Shown here piece by piece: positions 12,237 through 24,536 of a DNA stretch of 64,000 bases. The translations under genes and the position numbers were made by a program. Source of the stretch: Podarcis cretensis (lineage: Eukaryota); NCBI GenBank assembly GCA_951804945.1, contig OX638149.1, positions 75,702,001-75,766,000 of the forward strand, in the 5' to 3' direction. Position 1 is the stretch's first letter, and every line of letters starts with the position of its first letter. A model generated the notes under the pieces. The model did not search any database and was not told the origin of the DNA. It saw only the letters and a list, made by a program, of their open reading frames with translations.

Positions 12237-13301
12237 TAAAACGCAAACCTGTGCCTAGAAAAGCAGAGCAAAGGTAAGTGTGGACAAGCCCTCAGTCTGA
12301 GTTTTCCACTTATTGGAGCAACATTCAAACCTGCCCTGTCTGGAGTCCAGTTGGAGCTCTCCAGGGTGCTGCCCACCTTCCTTGTCTGCCTTTTATTTTT
12401 ACTTAGACTGACCCTGCTTACCCTATGCTACTTAAAATGCAGACATGGGACCATGTGGCCAGGGGCTTGCTGTGTACAATAAAAATGTTCCGAAAACTGT
12501 GGGCAAGCACACACTTAAGATTTGCAGCCCTCAGAACAATAGGTGTTATAGCTTCTAAATTATAATTGTGGAAGGGGTGACCAATAGATCACTTCTGGAG
12601 CAAAGCATTTCAAGCCATACAACTGATTTGTGTGCAGTAAGAGGATATATTGAATGCAGAACAGAGCAGTGAGCCAGAACTTCCTACCTGAATGAAGGAA
12701 AAGATGCTGAAAATTTTCAGGGTTTGTTTGTTTGGTTTTTTAAAGGAGAACTGGCAGGAAAAAGGAAATTTGGGATAGAGTGTGGGACCAATGAAGACTC
12801 CCAAAAGTAGGAGGCCTGTAGGACTGACAGAACCATTAAAGCAGGAACCATCTTGCCTATAAGCCAAAGGCATAACTGTTAACCAGAGGGTTGGTGCAAC
12901 ATTGTCTTGTAAGTACCAGCTTTGTACTCGGAGATAAATAGGGCTATTTTATCCAGCCCACAGCTTTATGGGCTTTTCAGTGGAGGTGGTTCAAAGTTGA
13001 TTTAAGTAGCTTTGAAAGCGGGGGGAGGTTTAAAAGTTCACCCGACAGCTCCCAGAGTCTTTTACTGATAAAAGTTGGCAGATATTTTCATAGTTTGAGC
13101 CTTTTTATCAGGGTAATTTGATCATTAGAGCTCCAACTCATGCAGCAGAGACTCAGTTAAGACTTGACCCGGCGCCATCTTCCCCAGAAGTCCTCCAGAG
13201 GGTTGGTGGTTGAGGCCAACCAGGGACAGCTGTGGAAAGGATTCCTGCACTGAAGGGGGGTTGACTAGATGACCCTTGGGGTCCCTTACAACTACAATTC
13301 T

Positions 13302-13408
13302 TTTTTTCTTTTTTTATTAAAGATTTTCTTGATTTACAAAAGTGTGTGCAATGTCTCTCTTTCGTATTCCCCCCCCCCAATGTAACATTTTTACAAATCA
13401 GTTTCATT
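13302..13408 (-). mobile_element. 107-bp poly(A)-tailed retroposed insertion (L1-type), inside a CR1-like tail
   Basis: 16-bp TSD TTACAACTACAATTCT (13286-13301 and 13409-13424); poly-T and TTTATT on the + strand. Confidence 0.75.
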
Positions 13409-14599
13409 TTACAACTACAATTCTATGATTCTGTGGATCAGCAGCCTGCTTAGCATAAAGCTAGGGATGAGAGGGATGGACTGGTTTCTATTTAGGAATT
13501 GTTTGGCTTCTAGAGGGTTATCAAAAACAACTACATACTTGTGACACAAGACTCTACTGTGATTGTTCTGGGATTCCAACTGGATTCCACACCACCAAGT
13601 TGTGCATTGCATTGACCTGACGCCGATGAACAGAGAACTAAAATACAGAAATTGTCCACTCCTAACCATCCATTAAGTAGTATGGGATATATCCCAAGCC
13701 AAGGGCACCTTGGGGTTTTATGTAAAGAATGCATTCTGGCTTATAGAAATGGCCACAGAGTCAAGCTTATTTTACCACTTTGGCAACTCGGGAAGGCCTT
13801 CTCTGGAAATCCAGCTGCTCCCTCATTATTCTCTCTTAGACAATCCTTTGTAAATGTTTTCATTTTAAAAGGCCTTGAGTGTGTAATTTCTGCTGCTGTT
13901 TAAAAAAAACAGCTGGCTTGATTGCCATTTCAGATTGCATTGTTTTCTTAACCTATATTGTTCATAATATGTGGCTTTGTGATTGCTGCATTGCATTTTC
14001 ATTGATGAAAGCTGCATAGGCACCAGCCTTGCTCCAGATGTGTTCCAGCAGCACATACTGAATCAAGAGATCTAGGCCAGCCTTGGCCAATCTGGTGCCC
14101 TCCAGATGTTTTGGATTACAACTCCCAGCAACACCTACCCCTAGTGTAAGTGTAAATTAAGAGGAAAAAGCAGGGGTGGGGACCCTTTGAGCCTCCAGTT
14201 GTTGCTGGAGCATAACGGCCATCATCCCTGGCTATTGGCCATTCTGGCTGAAGCTGATGGGAGTCAGAGAATCAGACAGGAATAATTCAGTGACACAGGT
14301 GGAAGGCATAAACTGAGGGAATCACAACCACAGAGTGACTCGGCAGAACAGCAAAGGGAGAGAGCAAGGTAGAGTTGAGTTCAGCAGGTTTGGTTAGGAA
14401 GAAAGAGGGTTTTCATTTTTTTTAGATAATGCTTGACACTTGTAATAGTGACTGGTGTTCTCTCCATAGTGAACTAGATTAGGTAGAATATTATACTACT
14501 AATTTAAGATCTCATCGAAGCGAAAACTGGAGATTCCTCATACTATTCTTTAGCAAATAGCCCTAACAATTCTAGTAACTATTAAACAAGTATGCAGAT

Positions 14600-15500
14600 G
14601 TTGATCATCAGGTTTATTTGTGTATTTAGATGTGTAAAAACCTTTTGACAAAGTCCTTCACCAAAGGTTCCTGAGCAACCTTAGCAGTCATGGTAAGAAG
14701 ATGGTTCGTCTCATGGCTTAGTAAGAGAGCAGAGAGTGGGAGGTAATGGAAAAGCCTTGCAGTGGTGGGAAGTAAAAGCAGAGTTCCTCAAGTATCTGTA
14801 CTGGGGGCAATGCTGCTTATTTGCTCATCAGTGATCTGTTAAAAAGGAACGTTGAATTGGCCAGGTGTTGGAATGACACCAAATTATTAAGGATGGTGAA
14901 AAGCCCATTACACTGCAAATATAAAGGGTTCTCTCTAATCCAGATGAATCGACAAACAAGGTTCAACATAAGGGTAAAGTAATGCACATATCTTCAAATA
15001 TACACCAAAAGGGTCTAAACTTATGGTGACTAACCAGGAATATGATCTTAGGATCATGGTGAATAATTCAATGAAAACTTAAATTAGCATGCTACAGCTG
15101 TGAAAAAAGGCAAATTATATGCTAAGGGTCATGAGGAAAGGGACTGAATATGCCCTTATACACTCATGGAATAAAGTTCTAACTTTTTCTTTTTTAAAAA
15201 AAAATAGAATTTGTGCACCATTTTTCTAATTACTGAAAAGCAATTAATGATTCAATAACAAAAAAAACCCCGGCTCTCCCTGCCCCATTTCAAAACAGCT
15301 ACCACAGTGCTGGAAATACTACAACCCGATAAAATACTACAACTTGATAAAACTGACCGGCAGCAGATTCCAGACAGAGAAAAGCAAGAACGTTGTCACA
15401 CTGCACGTAATTAATGGCTGGAGTTTCCTGGCACCAGATGTGGTGACAGCCATGTGCTTTGATGGCTTTAAAAGGAGATCAGCTAAAGTGCATGGGGTGA
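14600..15500 (+). mobile_element. Degenerate CR1 LINE ORF2/3' fragment
   Basis: Decayed YLD..K.FDKV.H motif and CR1-like 3' sequence. Confidence 0.6.
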
Positions 15501-16102
15501 GCTGACTAGTGCAATTGTCTCACTTGGTTGGAGCGGTGGTTGGAGCCATTGCGAAAGGCTGCGTGGTCACACTTTCCTGACTTATTTGCCCCCAACTACT
15601 TCCTTCCTTGCCCCCCTCTCCACCCTCCTGCTGAAGTAAAATGGTTTTGCCCAGTTCTCTCGTTTGGTTTTTAAATTGAACTGTTACCACAAGCATCGGC
15701 ACTAGTGATGTTGAGAGCAGAAACAATAGTGCTAGCAAGGAGAAAGGACTGGATATATGTATGGGAGGAGCAGGCCTGCCGGTCTGTCTGATCACGCATA
15801 CATTAATCCCAGTAGTGGGGCATTACAAGCTTCATAAGTGCAGTCTTAACCACTCAGCTCAAGCCCATGCTGCCACCAGAATCTCCTCACTGCCTGCCTG
15901 CCTTCCCTTGCTGGCTTTCAGCCTCCAGACACGACAAGCCGGCACGTTCAAGAGTACAGTGCCTGCCTCACACCCAAAGTGTGGGTGCTGCTAGAGTAGA
16001 ATATCAATTTATTACAAATATGGAATGGGTAATATTACAAATATGGAATGGGTATGGAATGCCAGTTCACAGAGCAAAGTGGTCTAGTGGGCTTATATCA
16101 GT

Positions 16103-16557
16103 GATGGCTCCGTCCTGGTGGAATGCTCTGTCCCATGAGACCAGGGCCCTGCAGGATTTAACTTCCTTCCGCAGGGCCTGTAAGACAGAGCTATTGCGTC
16201 TGGCTTTCAATTTGAACTTAGCCTTTAATTCTCCTTCCTTCCCACCCCCTTCCCTTTTTATGAAGATTACCCGCTCCGGGATCCCACAGCTAATTCTCCC
16301 CTGGTCTCCTTGCTGGCCCAAATAGGACTAATTTAGCCAGCTAGCCCTGGTGATTATCTAATGTTTATTGGATGCATTTTCCCTCCAAATTGATTTTTGA
16401 ATTCTGAATTTATTGTTATCCTTGTTTTATATTGTATTTTATGCTTTTTTTTGTTGCGTCAATTAAGTGTTTAAAATATGCTGTTGGCCACCCTGAGCCC
16501 GGTTTTCTGAACCAGGAAGGGTGGGGTATAAATAAAAAATTATTATTATTATTTATT
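16103..16557 (+). mobile_element. L2 LINE 3' fragment
   Basis: Encodes APSWWNALSHETRALQDLTSFRRACKTEL; (TTA)n tail; paralogous to the copy at 5401. Confidence 0.7.
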
Positions 16558-16804
16558 AAGGTGATCGCACAGATACACTGGTCCCAAGTTGTTAAGGGCT
16601 TTATATATTATTAGTAACACATTGAACTTGGCCCAGTAGCAAACTGGCCACCAAGGCATAAGTGTTTCATGTGAATAAGGTCTCCACCCTGTCAGCAGTT
16701 ATACTGCAGCATTCTGCACTAACTGCAGACAATTTAGACTTCAGTGTTGAAATACAAATTCCATTTGGATTGTACAAAGCAGATCTTTTTTATGTTCGCT
16801 GTCA

Positions 16805-18190
16805 TTTTTTAAAAATTATATATTCAAAAAACAGACATACAGAGAACGAACAGACATACCCAAAAATAGACATACAAAAAAAGAAAAAGAAACTTACACT
16901 GTACATAAATGAAAACCAATACCGTCTAATATGCCCCCATGTGACTTCCCTTCACCACCACTCGACATTCTGTCTAGTTATTAATCTTATTAACTTTGCC
17001 TCTTTTAAATATTATTCCTTATTTATCTATTTTGTCTGATTATCTACTCTACAAACTTAGTCTATGCATATCAACATATTATCCTTAGAACAGTATTTTT
17101 TCATACAGTCCCAAAGCATTTCCATTCCTTCGTTAATTTCTGATTTGTCTGATGTCTTATGGCTGCTGTTAACTTCGTCAGTTTTATAAGTTCACATAGT
17201 TTACTTATCCATTCATCTTTTGTTGGGATAACAACTCCCTCCCAATTTTTATCAAGTTATAATCTGGCTGTGGCTGTGGCATATAAAAATAGCCTTTTCT
17301 TATCCTGTGGGATGTCTTTTCCCAAAACACCTAATAAATATGCCTCTGGTTTCTTTTCAGTAGAAGTTTTAAACATCTTTTTTAGCTCTTCATGAATACA
17401 CCCCTAGTTTTTTTAATTTTCTCACAGCCCCACCATACATGAATCATTGTCCCCTCCGCATTATTACATTTCCAACATAGATTGGTTTTTAAGTTATATA
17501 TCTTGGCGAGTTTGGAAGGTGTCAAATACCACCTATAGAACATTTTCATTATATTCTCTTTAACAGTGTAACAGGCAGTGAAGCTGATGTCCAACCTCCA
17601 AAGCCTTTCCCACTGTTCCATATATATTGTGTGGCCGATATCTTGTGCCCATTTGACCATAACTTCTTTTAGTTCCTCATCTTTTAGATTGCATTTCAAT
17701 AAAAGGTCATAAGTTTTGAATATTAATATCTTATTATTTTTTAATAATACTTTTCGTAATTTAGATTCTTCTCTCCAAAACCCTATTTTTTTGTCTGAAT
17801 TAAATACATTATTTAATTGATGATATTGAAGCCAGTCGGTGAGGTAATGTCTTATCTCCTCAAATGTTTTGAGCTTCAGTTGTCCCTGATCTTCTTTTAA
17901 TAATTGACTATAATTTGCCCAATTACTTTCTGCATTTAATTTTTTTACTGCAAATGCCTCTAGCGGGGACAGCCACCATGGCGTTTTTGGTTCTAATAAT
18001 TGTTGATATCTGGTCCACACCTTGCATAGAGCATTCCTTACTATATGGTTAGTAAATCCTCTGTGAACTTTCACCTTGTTGTAGCCAAGGTAGGCATGCC
18101 ACCCATACCTGTTATTAACACTCTCCAGATCTAATGTATCTGTGTTCTCTAGAGATATAATTTTTATCAATTATAAGATTACCATCTTTT
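16805..18190 (-). mobile_element. 5'-truncated L1 LINE (ORF2 C-terminus plus 3' UTR)
   Basis: The 262-aa ORF includes KMFYRWYLTPSKL...CWKCNNAEGTMIHVWWGC (L1 CCHC region), followed by a frameshift, the rest of the C-terminus and the 3' UTR. Confidence 0.88.
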
Positions 18191-19437
18191 TAACTGTTTT
18201 AGAATGCCTTTTTTTCTCAAAAAAATTGCAGATGTGTTTGTCACCTTGGGCAACTTTAGGTGGAAGGGCAGAATATAACACAATAAAACTTATTGCAGAA
18301 AGCTACACTTTCCAGAGTGGCTTAACAATCAACGCCTTTTCACAGGGAACTCTGAGAATCATTTCTGTGAGGGGAATTGGGGCCTCCTAACCACTGTCAG
18401 CACCCTTAATAAACTACAGCTCCCAGAATCCTTTTGGGGAAGTCATGACAGTTTGAAGTGGTATCATAGTGTTTTAATATTTGCTGTGAATTTGGCCTCA
18501 GTCTGGTTCCTTGTGCTTAACCCTGGTTTGTCTTTGCATGCCTGTCTTGCCCTACCATTGTCTGGCAATCATGTGTGTGAGGTCTTGTACACTGTAGGCT
18601 TGTGTCCTAACCATGGTCTACACCTGCCAGATTAGGACAGCTACCCCTGTGCTAAGAAGACTGAAACTTTTCCACTGAGCTCAGTTGGGAAACTAAGTAC
18701 AAGGCCTCAGATGCTTCTGCCACATGAATATTTCCATGTTTGCCATGGAGTAACATCAAGCTGCCAACAGAAGAGTCAGTAACACATATTTTCATTTTGC
18801 CACAGCTATTGAGTCTTCAGAGAGAACATGAAACATCAGTATTCTTGGAAATCAATATTAAGCCTAATGCTACTGTCAACTTTATGTGAGGTTAATGGCT
18901 GAATGCTAACTCACTAACATTAACCTTGTTTCATTCCCTATCAGAAAACCAATTGTGGCAAAATCCTGTCACTTGGTTCTATAAATGACTGTGTTTGGAA
19001 GTGAATATTTACAGTACTGCACAACAATGGCTGAGCCCACACAATGGTCAAGTTCAAGCAACAACTCAAGGATTATGAAGCCAGGAACAAGCATTGGGAC
19101 TAAACACTCCCCTCCTTGCATTGTGTATGAGCTTCGGCAATGAAGATTCTTTCTTGGGTTCAGTCAGTGTTTCCCCAGTACATTCAAAACAGGGAATTCT
19201 GGCTTAATACTAGTTAAAGAATCAGAAAAATTAGCCATGAATGATGACCCAAGCCTGTCAGGAGCCACTGTGCTGATGCCATGTGTGGTTCAGGACACCA
19301 CAGTCAAAGAGCATTAGGATGGCTAACTCACAACCACCAAAGTTCAGGAAAATTAGCTTGCAACTCAGGACATAGTTATGGCAACAGGCAATGACGGGTG
19401 GATTGTGATGTACAAGAAAACAGGCCTCAGATTAGTT

Positions 19438-19712
19438 TGCCCTGAGTGCTCACTGGAAGGACAGATCCTGAAGCTGAGACTCCAATACTTTGGCCACCTC
19501 ATGAGAAGAGAAGACTCCCTGGAAAAGACCCTGATCCTGGGAAAGATTGAGGGCACAAGGAGAAGGGGACAATAGAGGATGAAATGGTTGGACAGTGTTC
19601 TCGAAGCTACCAACATGAGTTTGACCAAACTGTGGGAGACAGTGGAAGACAGGAGTGCCTGGCGTGCTCTGGTCCATGGGGTCATGAAGAGTCGGACACG
19701 ACTAAACAACAA
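19438..19712 (+). mobile_element. BovB (RTE) LINE 3' end
   Basis: Encodes SLEGQILKLRLQYFGHLMRREDSLEKTLILGKIEG; ends GAGTCGGACACGACTAAACAACAAC. Confidence 0.9.
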
Positions 19713-22700
19713 CGAGAGGCACTTTGTTACAGACATTGCTTTCTTCAATAGAAAACAAGGTGCCGGTACTCACCATGAAGTTGTTACAGTAGGTGCCACA
19801 CTTTGAAAATTTGGGGGGAGGAAGGTTCCTTTGAGTACCCGGGGGGGGGGGGGACACTGGTTATAGAGCTGGATAAGTGACGGTGGCAGAGGTGGTGGCT
19901 GGGTTGCATTACACAGAATTGGTCTTCAATGTCATTGCTTTTTGCAAATGAATGGAAAGCAGGCCAGTGATAGCTCCTTCCTCAGCTGACCTGTATGGAT
20001 TAGCTGAGGGCTGTGTATGCATGCACATGAGATTAAGTGTATGAGAGCATGGGGAGACAATACCTAATGCTGCTATGCAGCCCCTGGAGTGTTGAGCAAG
20101 GACGAATATGGCCCTCAGGCCAAGAAAAGTCAGCTACCCCTGGGGTAAATGGTTGGGACAGAGAGACAATCATCATAATCAAGAAACATATACTTTCTAA
20201 GTACAATATATGCTTCTGCATTCAAACACTGTGCATTCATGTTGCCTTTTCTAGATAGTAACAATCGCTACAATAAAAGCCAATTCAAAGTTTTGTTTGT
20301 TCAGGAGAGAACATTAAATAATTGCATCACTAGCCTGACGTGGGCAACCCTAAGAGCAGCACCAAAAGAAGAGGCTGTGTGGCACAAACCATGGGGATGA
20401 CAGAATGTGTGGGGACAAGATGGGGACCACTCACCTAGGTGCCTTCCATTTAAGCTATCTGCAGAGCCAAATATCTCAGCGCAAGCTCTATGCCAAACAT
20501 TCAAACAAGCTGTTTCACTTGGAGTGCAGCTGGCATGCAGCGCAGTTGACTTCATGGGCTCCACTCGCCTTGCCCAGGGTGTTATCTGCTCCCGGATACA
20601 TGGACACACATCTATAGGATAGGCAGGCTCACAGTGGACCAACACAAACTTTAAAGTGAACAAAGCTTAGTCTGTGGGGCTTATACTTTATTGGTTAATC
20701 ATTACCGAGGCTTGAAAAGAAACTGAATTCTGCCTTCTTTTGGCAGGGTACCAATCGCTAAAAGGATAACTGTGTATACCATGATCATTTACTCTCCAAA
20801 GCGGGATTGGCTTTGGTCCCATCATCTCTTTTGTGGACTAGATCTGATAGGTTGTTAAATCAAAGGAATTAATATTTCATCACCTGTTTTCGCTTGAAGG
20901 TCTGATTGGATGACTGACCTTTTCTTCTTTCTGCCCCATCAAAAACCCTTCCAACAGGGGTTTACGTCTTGCCTAATGAGGTGTATTGTCAGTGTCACTG
21001 AACCATGATAGCCTTTTTATGAACTGTTCACTGAACAGCATCTTTCTGGACTGCAGGCCATCTTGCAAATCGCCATATGGTCCTCTTGGAAGTTTCATTT
21101 CAATGATAAAACCCCCAGGAACCGGGGCTGTAATGACATTCCCCCACCCGCCAACGCTACTTCACGTCCTCCTGATTTAAGAGGCCAAAACTACTCCCCT
21201 GGATTGCAGCACCTTTGGTGATCTCAAGTAATTTTACTTTTGACTATTGTATCAAATCCATTCTGCTACTTCTTGAAAGATATTTGTGATATTTTAAAAT
21301 CATGTGTAGATTGGAGCTGCTGTTCCTCCCCTGCTATTCCCTCGAAGAGGAAAAGTTTCGTCAACTCACAACTCAAGGAAATGAATTAGAATGGGAGTCT
21401 TTCTTTAAAAGACTTTAATACCTCTTGCATGCCGCTCCCAAACCGCTCTTTAGTGCTCAATCAGAGCAAACGGCAATTTGGATTTTCTCTAGACTGTAGC
21501 TTACTCCAATTTAAAACTAAAGAGCAGGTTTTCCCTGGGAAAGGAGCAGGGCAAGAGGAAAACCACTTGGACTCATGCGTTTTAAACGCGGGACAAGCAG
21601 AAGTGTAGACAAGCCCTGAAATGCAGGATGTTCAAGCACAAAGCACCAAAACACCTTAAATACTAGCAACGTAAGAAGAATCTGCTGCATTAGGGCAATG
21701 GCCCATCTAGTCCAGCATCCTCTTCTCACAGTGGTCAACCTGATGAAGAATGGTAGAGGGCATATAAACTAAGCCTTGCTCCTGTGATAAAGAACAGATA
21801 TGGAGAACTGTGGGGTCCAGTAATTTTTGAAACCAGGTGTTTTTTGCCAACCTGGTGCTCTCTAGATGTTTTGGACTACAACCCTCATTAGCCCCAGCTA
21901 GCATGGCTCTCCTGGATTGGGCTGAAGGAAACTGTAGTCCAAAACAGCTGGAAGGCACCAGCTTGGTGAAAGCTGCCAAGATCAAAAAAACCCAAACAAT
22001 TGAGAATAGGGTACTCTTTTTCTTTTGTTGGGGTGGAGCATCAAAGGGAGGGGGAGAAATCCTCACTCTGGTAAAGCTGGAAGCCCTGTAGGAAACTCCC
22101 ATCAGGATGCCTCAGACACTTGGTTGCAGATGTAGAGTTCGGCAACTCAACTCCCACTCCAGTAACCACAGATGGCAACATTTGCAATGACCTGCAAAGA
22201 TGTATTACGCACAAGTCAGTTAATCTTTGGCAATTCAGTGTAGTTAAGACAGCAAGCTTAGATTAAGTGGTTTTCTTTTAATGAAAAAAGACAGAATGCT
22301 TTCATTTTCCTACATGTCCCAGTCCGGATGCAGTTTCAAAACCTATCAAGCAATTGACTCTCTTGTTACTAAGAATGCTAAACATATTAGGATTAATCCG
22401 TTCCCTTCGCTGCCTTTTGCAGTCGTCAACTCCTTGAAAGTCGGTTAACGTTTGGAGCCCCACTGTACATACAACCTTTGTTTTCTACACAAAGCCGTTT
22501 GAATTTTTTACTCTCCGATGCTGGGTAGAAAAGTTGTTCAATCTTGCAAACACAAACAGAAACCTAAAACCCACCCAATCCTCCAGTAATTCTGTGCTTC
22601 CACTAGTTCTCGTGTTAAAAAAATAGCGCAGTGACAATAACAAAACAAAAAAGTACTCGCAGAGAAGCAGCCGTCGCCGACTGCAAACAAAGGGAGCTGA

Positions 22701-22819
22701 GCCGTGGGCTGGGTGTCATGTTACTCAACCATCTCTTTAAATCGCGTGATACTCGCCACCGCCTTCTCTCCTCTCCCTCTCTAACTCCCCCCCCCCTCAA
22801 TTTTCTAAACACAACCGTG

Positions 22820-23050
22820 ACGGACAAGCCACGCTATCCAATGGCAAGGAGAAGGACAGTTTTGGCGCCTTGCCACACTTCGCCTTTCACCCAATAAGGA
22901 GCCTGGGGAGGCAGTCCGACGCCCTGGGTAGAATGGAGCGTCTACCAATGGCAAGAGTGTTATTGCAGAGAAATAGTATTATGTTAATCGATGTTTTGCT
23001 CGAACTCACTCGGTGAGAGCTTTAAAAAGCGAGGCAGCCCCAGGCAGGCT
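22820..23050 (+). promoter_or_regulatory. CDKN1C: CDKN1C proximal promoter
   Basis: CCAAT boxes at 22838, 22891 and 22945; E2F-type TTTGGCGC at 22861; TATA-like TTTAAAAA at 23021; start of the CpG island. Confidence 0.65.
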
Positions 23051-23243
23051 TGCTAGAAGCGGAGCGAGGCGCGGAAGGTGGGCAGGTTAAGGCGGAGGGG
23101 ATCGGGGCGCGCGCAGGTTATTCCGGGCCCCCAGCGAAGGGAGGCGGCGAAAGCCCAGCCCTGCTCTCCGGGGTTGTGATTTGGATTTGCCAAGGCGATC
23201 GGACCCGCTGCCTCGTCGGGCGGAGAAGGAACCTGCCCGCTCC

Positions 23244-23282
23244 CTCTTACTACTACTACTACTTCTACTTCTACTACTACTA
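23244..23282 (+). repeat. (CTA)n-type trinucleotide repeat in the CDKN1C 5' leader
   Basis: ctc tta (cta)4 ctt cta ctt (cta)4, ending 15 nt upstream of the ATG. Confidence 0.9.
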
Positions 23283-23297
23283 GGCGCCGCCACCATC

Positions 23298-23892
23298 ATG
23301 TCCAACGTGCACCTCTCGAGCGCCTCGGCTCTGGAGCGCCTGGCGGCTCGGCGGACTTTCCCGCTGCACGCTCGCACCGGGGTGTGCAGGAACCTCTTTG
23401 GCCCCGTGGATCACGACGAGCTGAACCGGGACCTGAAGAGCAAGCTGCGGGAGATCTGCGAGGACGGCCAGAAGCGCTGGGACTACAATTTCCAGAGCGA
23501 CACGCCGCTGGGCGGCCCGGGCAGGCTGCAGTGGGAAGAGGTGGACGGAGGCGCCGTGCCCGCTTTCTACCGGGAGACGCTGCAGGTCGGCAAGTGCCGC
23601 TTCCCGGTGCTGGTGATCCGCTCCAAGGCGCCTCCGCCTCCAGCGGGAAGCGCCGAGGCGCCTCCGGAGGCTGATCCCCAGGGGACGGGGGTGTCCTCGG
23701 CCCCCTCCCCGCTCAGCTCTCCGGGCAAGACGGCCCCCTTGGAAAGCACTAGGTCGGCGGGCGAGGAGCGCCTCAACCAGGAGAACCGGGCCGCTCAGCT
23801 CCACAGCTACTCAGGGATTATAATCAAGCCTGTCCCGTGCGCCGCGGCGGCGCTGAAAAGGGCGTCGTCGGCCAGTGTAGCGCACATCACAG
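23298..23892 (+). CDS. CDKN1C: CDKN1C/p57KIP2 coding exon 1 (CDK-inhibitor domain plus central linker)
   Basis: ATG in gccgccaccatcATG context. Translation MSNVHLS...[18 protein letters not shown]...KRWDYNF...[11 protein letters not shown]...VPAFYRET is a Cip/Kip KID with the p57-type PGRLQW and FYRET motifs. Ends at donor ACAG|gtaagc (phase 1). Confidence 0.96.
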
Positions 23893-24414
23893 GTAAGCAG
23901 CGCCGCCGTCGGATTGGGTTGCACTTGTGCCTGTTTTTTGGGGGGGTTGCTTCCACTTTGCCCCTCCCAGCCCGAGTTATGGGGGCGCCCCACCCCTTCC
24001 TCATCTGCGCGGCGTCTTAAAATGATGCCCGGAGGCGCTGCCTCTGCTTAAAATTCCGCGCAGGTACCCGGGGGTTGGTGGAGCGGGGAAGGAAAATGCT
24101 TACGCAGCACATCGCGGCGGCGGCTGCCTCCCCTTTGCGACGTAAACAAACCCCAGCAGCTGCGGCGCCCGCCGCTCGCCGACAGGGGGAGCCCAGAGCC
24201 AGGCGCTCGGTGGCGGCGCCCGGGCGAGCCAAGCAGGGCGGGTCCCTGGTGTGCAACGCGATTGTTTTTCTCCCGTTCCTGACCGAGGGTGGGGTGTGTC
24301 CCTTTCCAGCTCGAAGCTCTTGGCTCGGGTGACCCAAAAAAAAAATAACACACACGCATAGAATCCCTGCTAATCCCTCCCTCCCTCCCTCTTTCTCCTG
24401 GGTCTGATCCGCAG

Positions 24415-24536
24415 ATTTCTTCGCCAAGCGGAAAAGAGTCGTAGACTCGAAAGTGTCCGGGGATCATCCCAGCGCCTTGCCAGCTTCGGTCTCTGCTGTC
24501 CCCGCCGAGCAGACCCCCCGGAAAAGGCTCCGATGA
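24415..24536 (+). CDS. CDKN1C: CDKN1C coding exon 2 (PIP-degron/NLS and QT domain, stop codon)
   Basis: Polypyrimidine tract and ccgcag| acceptor. The spliced frame reads HIT-DFFAKRKRVV...AEQTPRKRLR*, the conserved p57 C-terminus. 595+122 = 717 nt = 238 aa plus stop. Confidence 0.96.

Noticed and set aside
23181-24020. 279-aa ORF taken as the full CDKN1C protein
   Set aside because: It starts at TTG and reads through the gtaag donor into intron 1. The canonical protein starts at ATG 23298 and splices to 24415.
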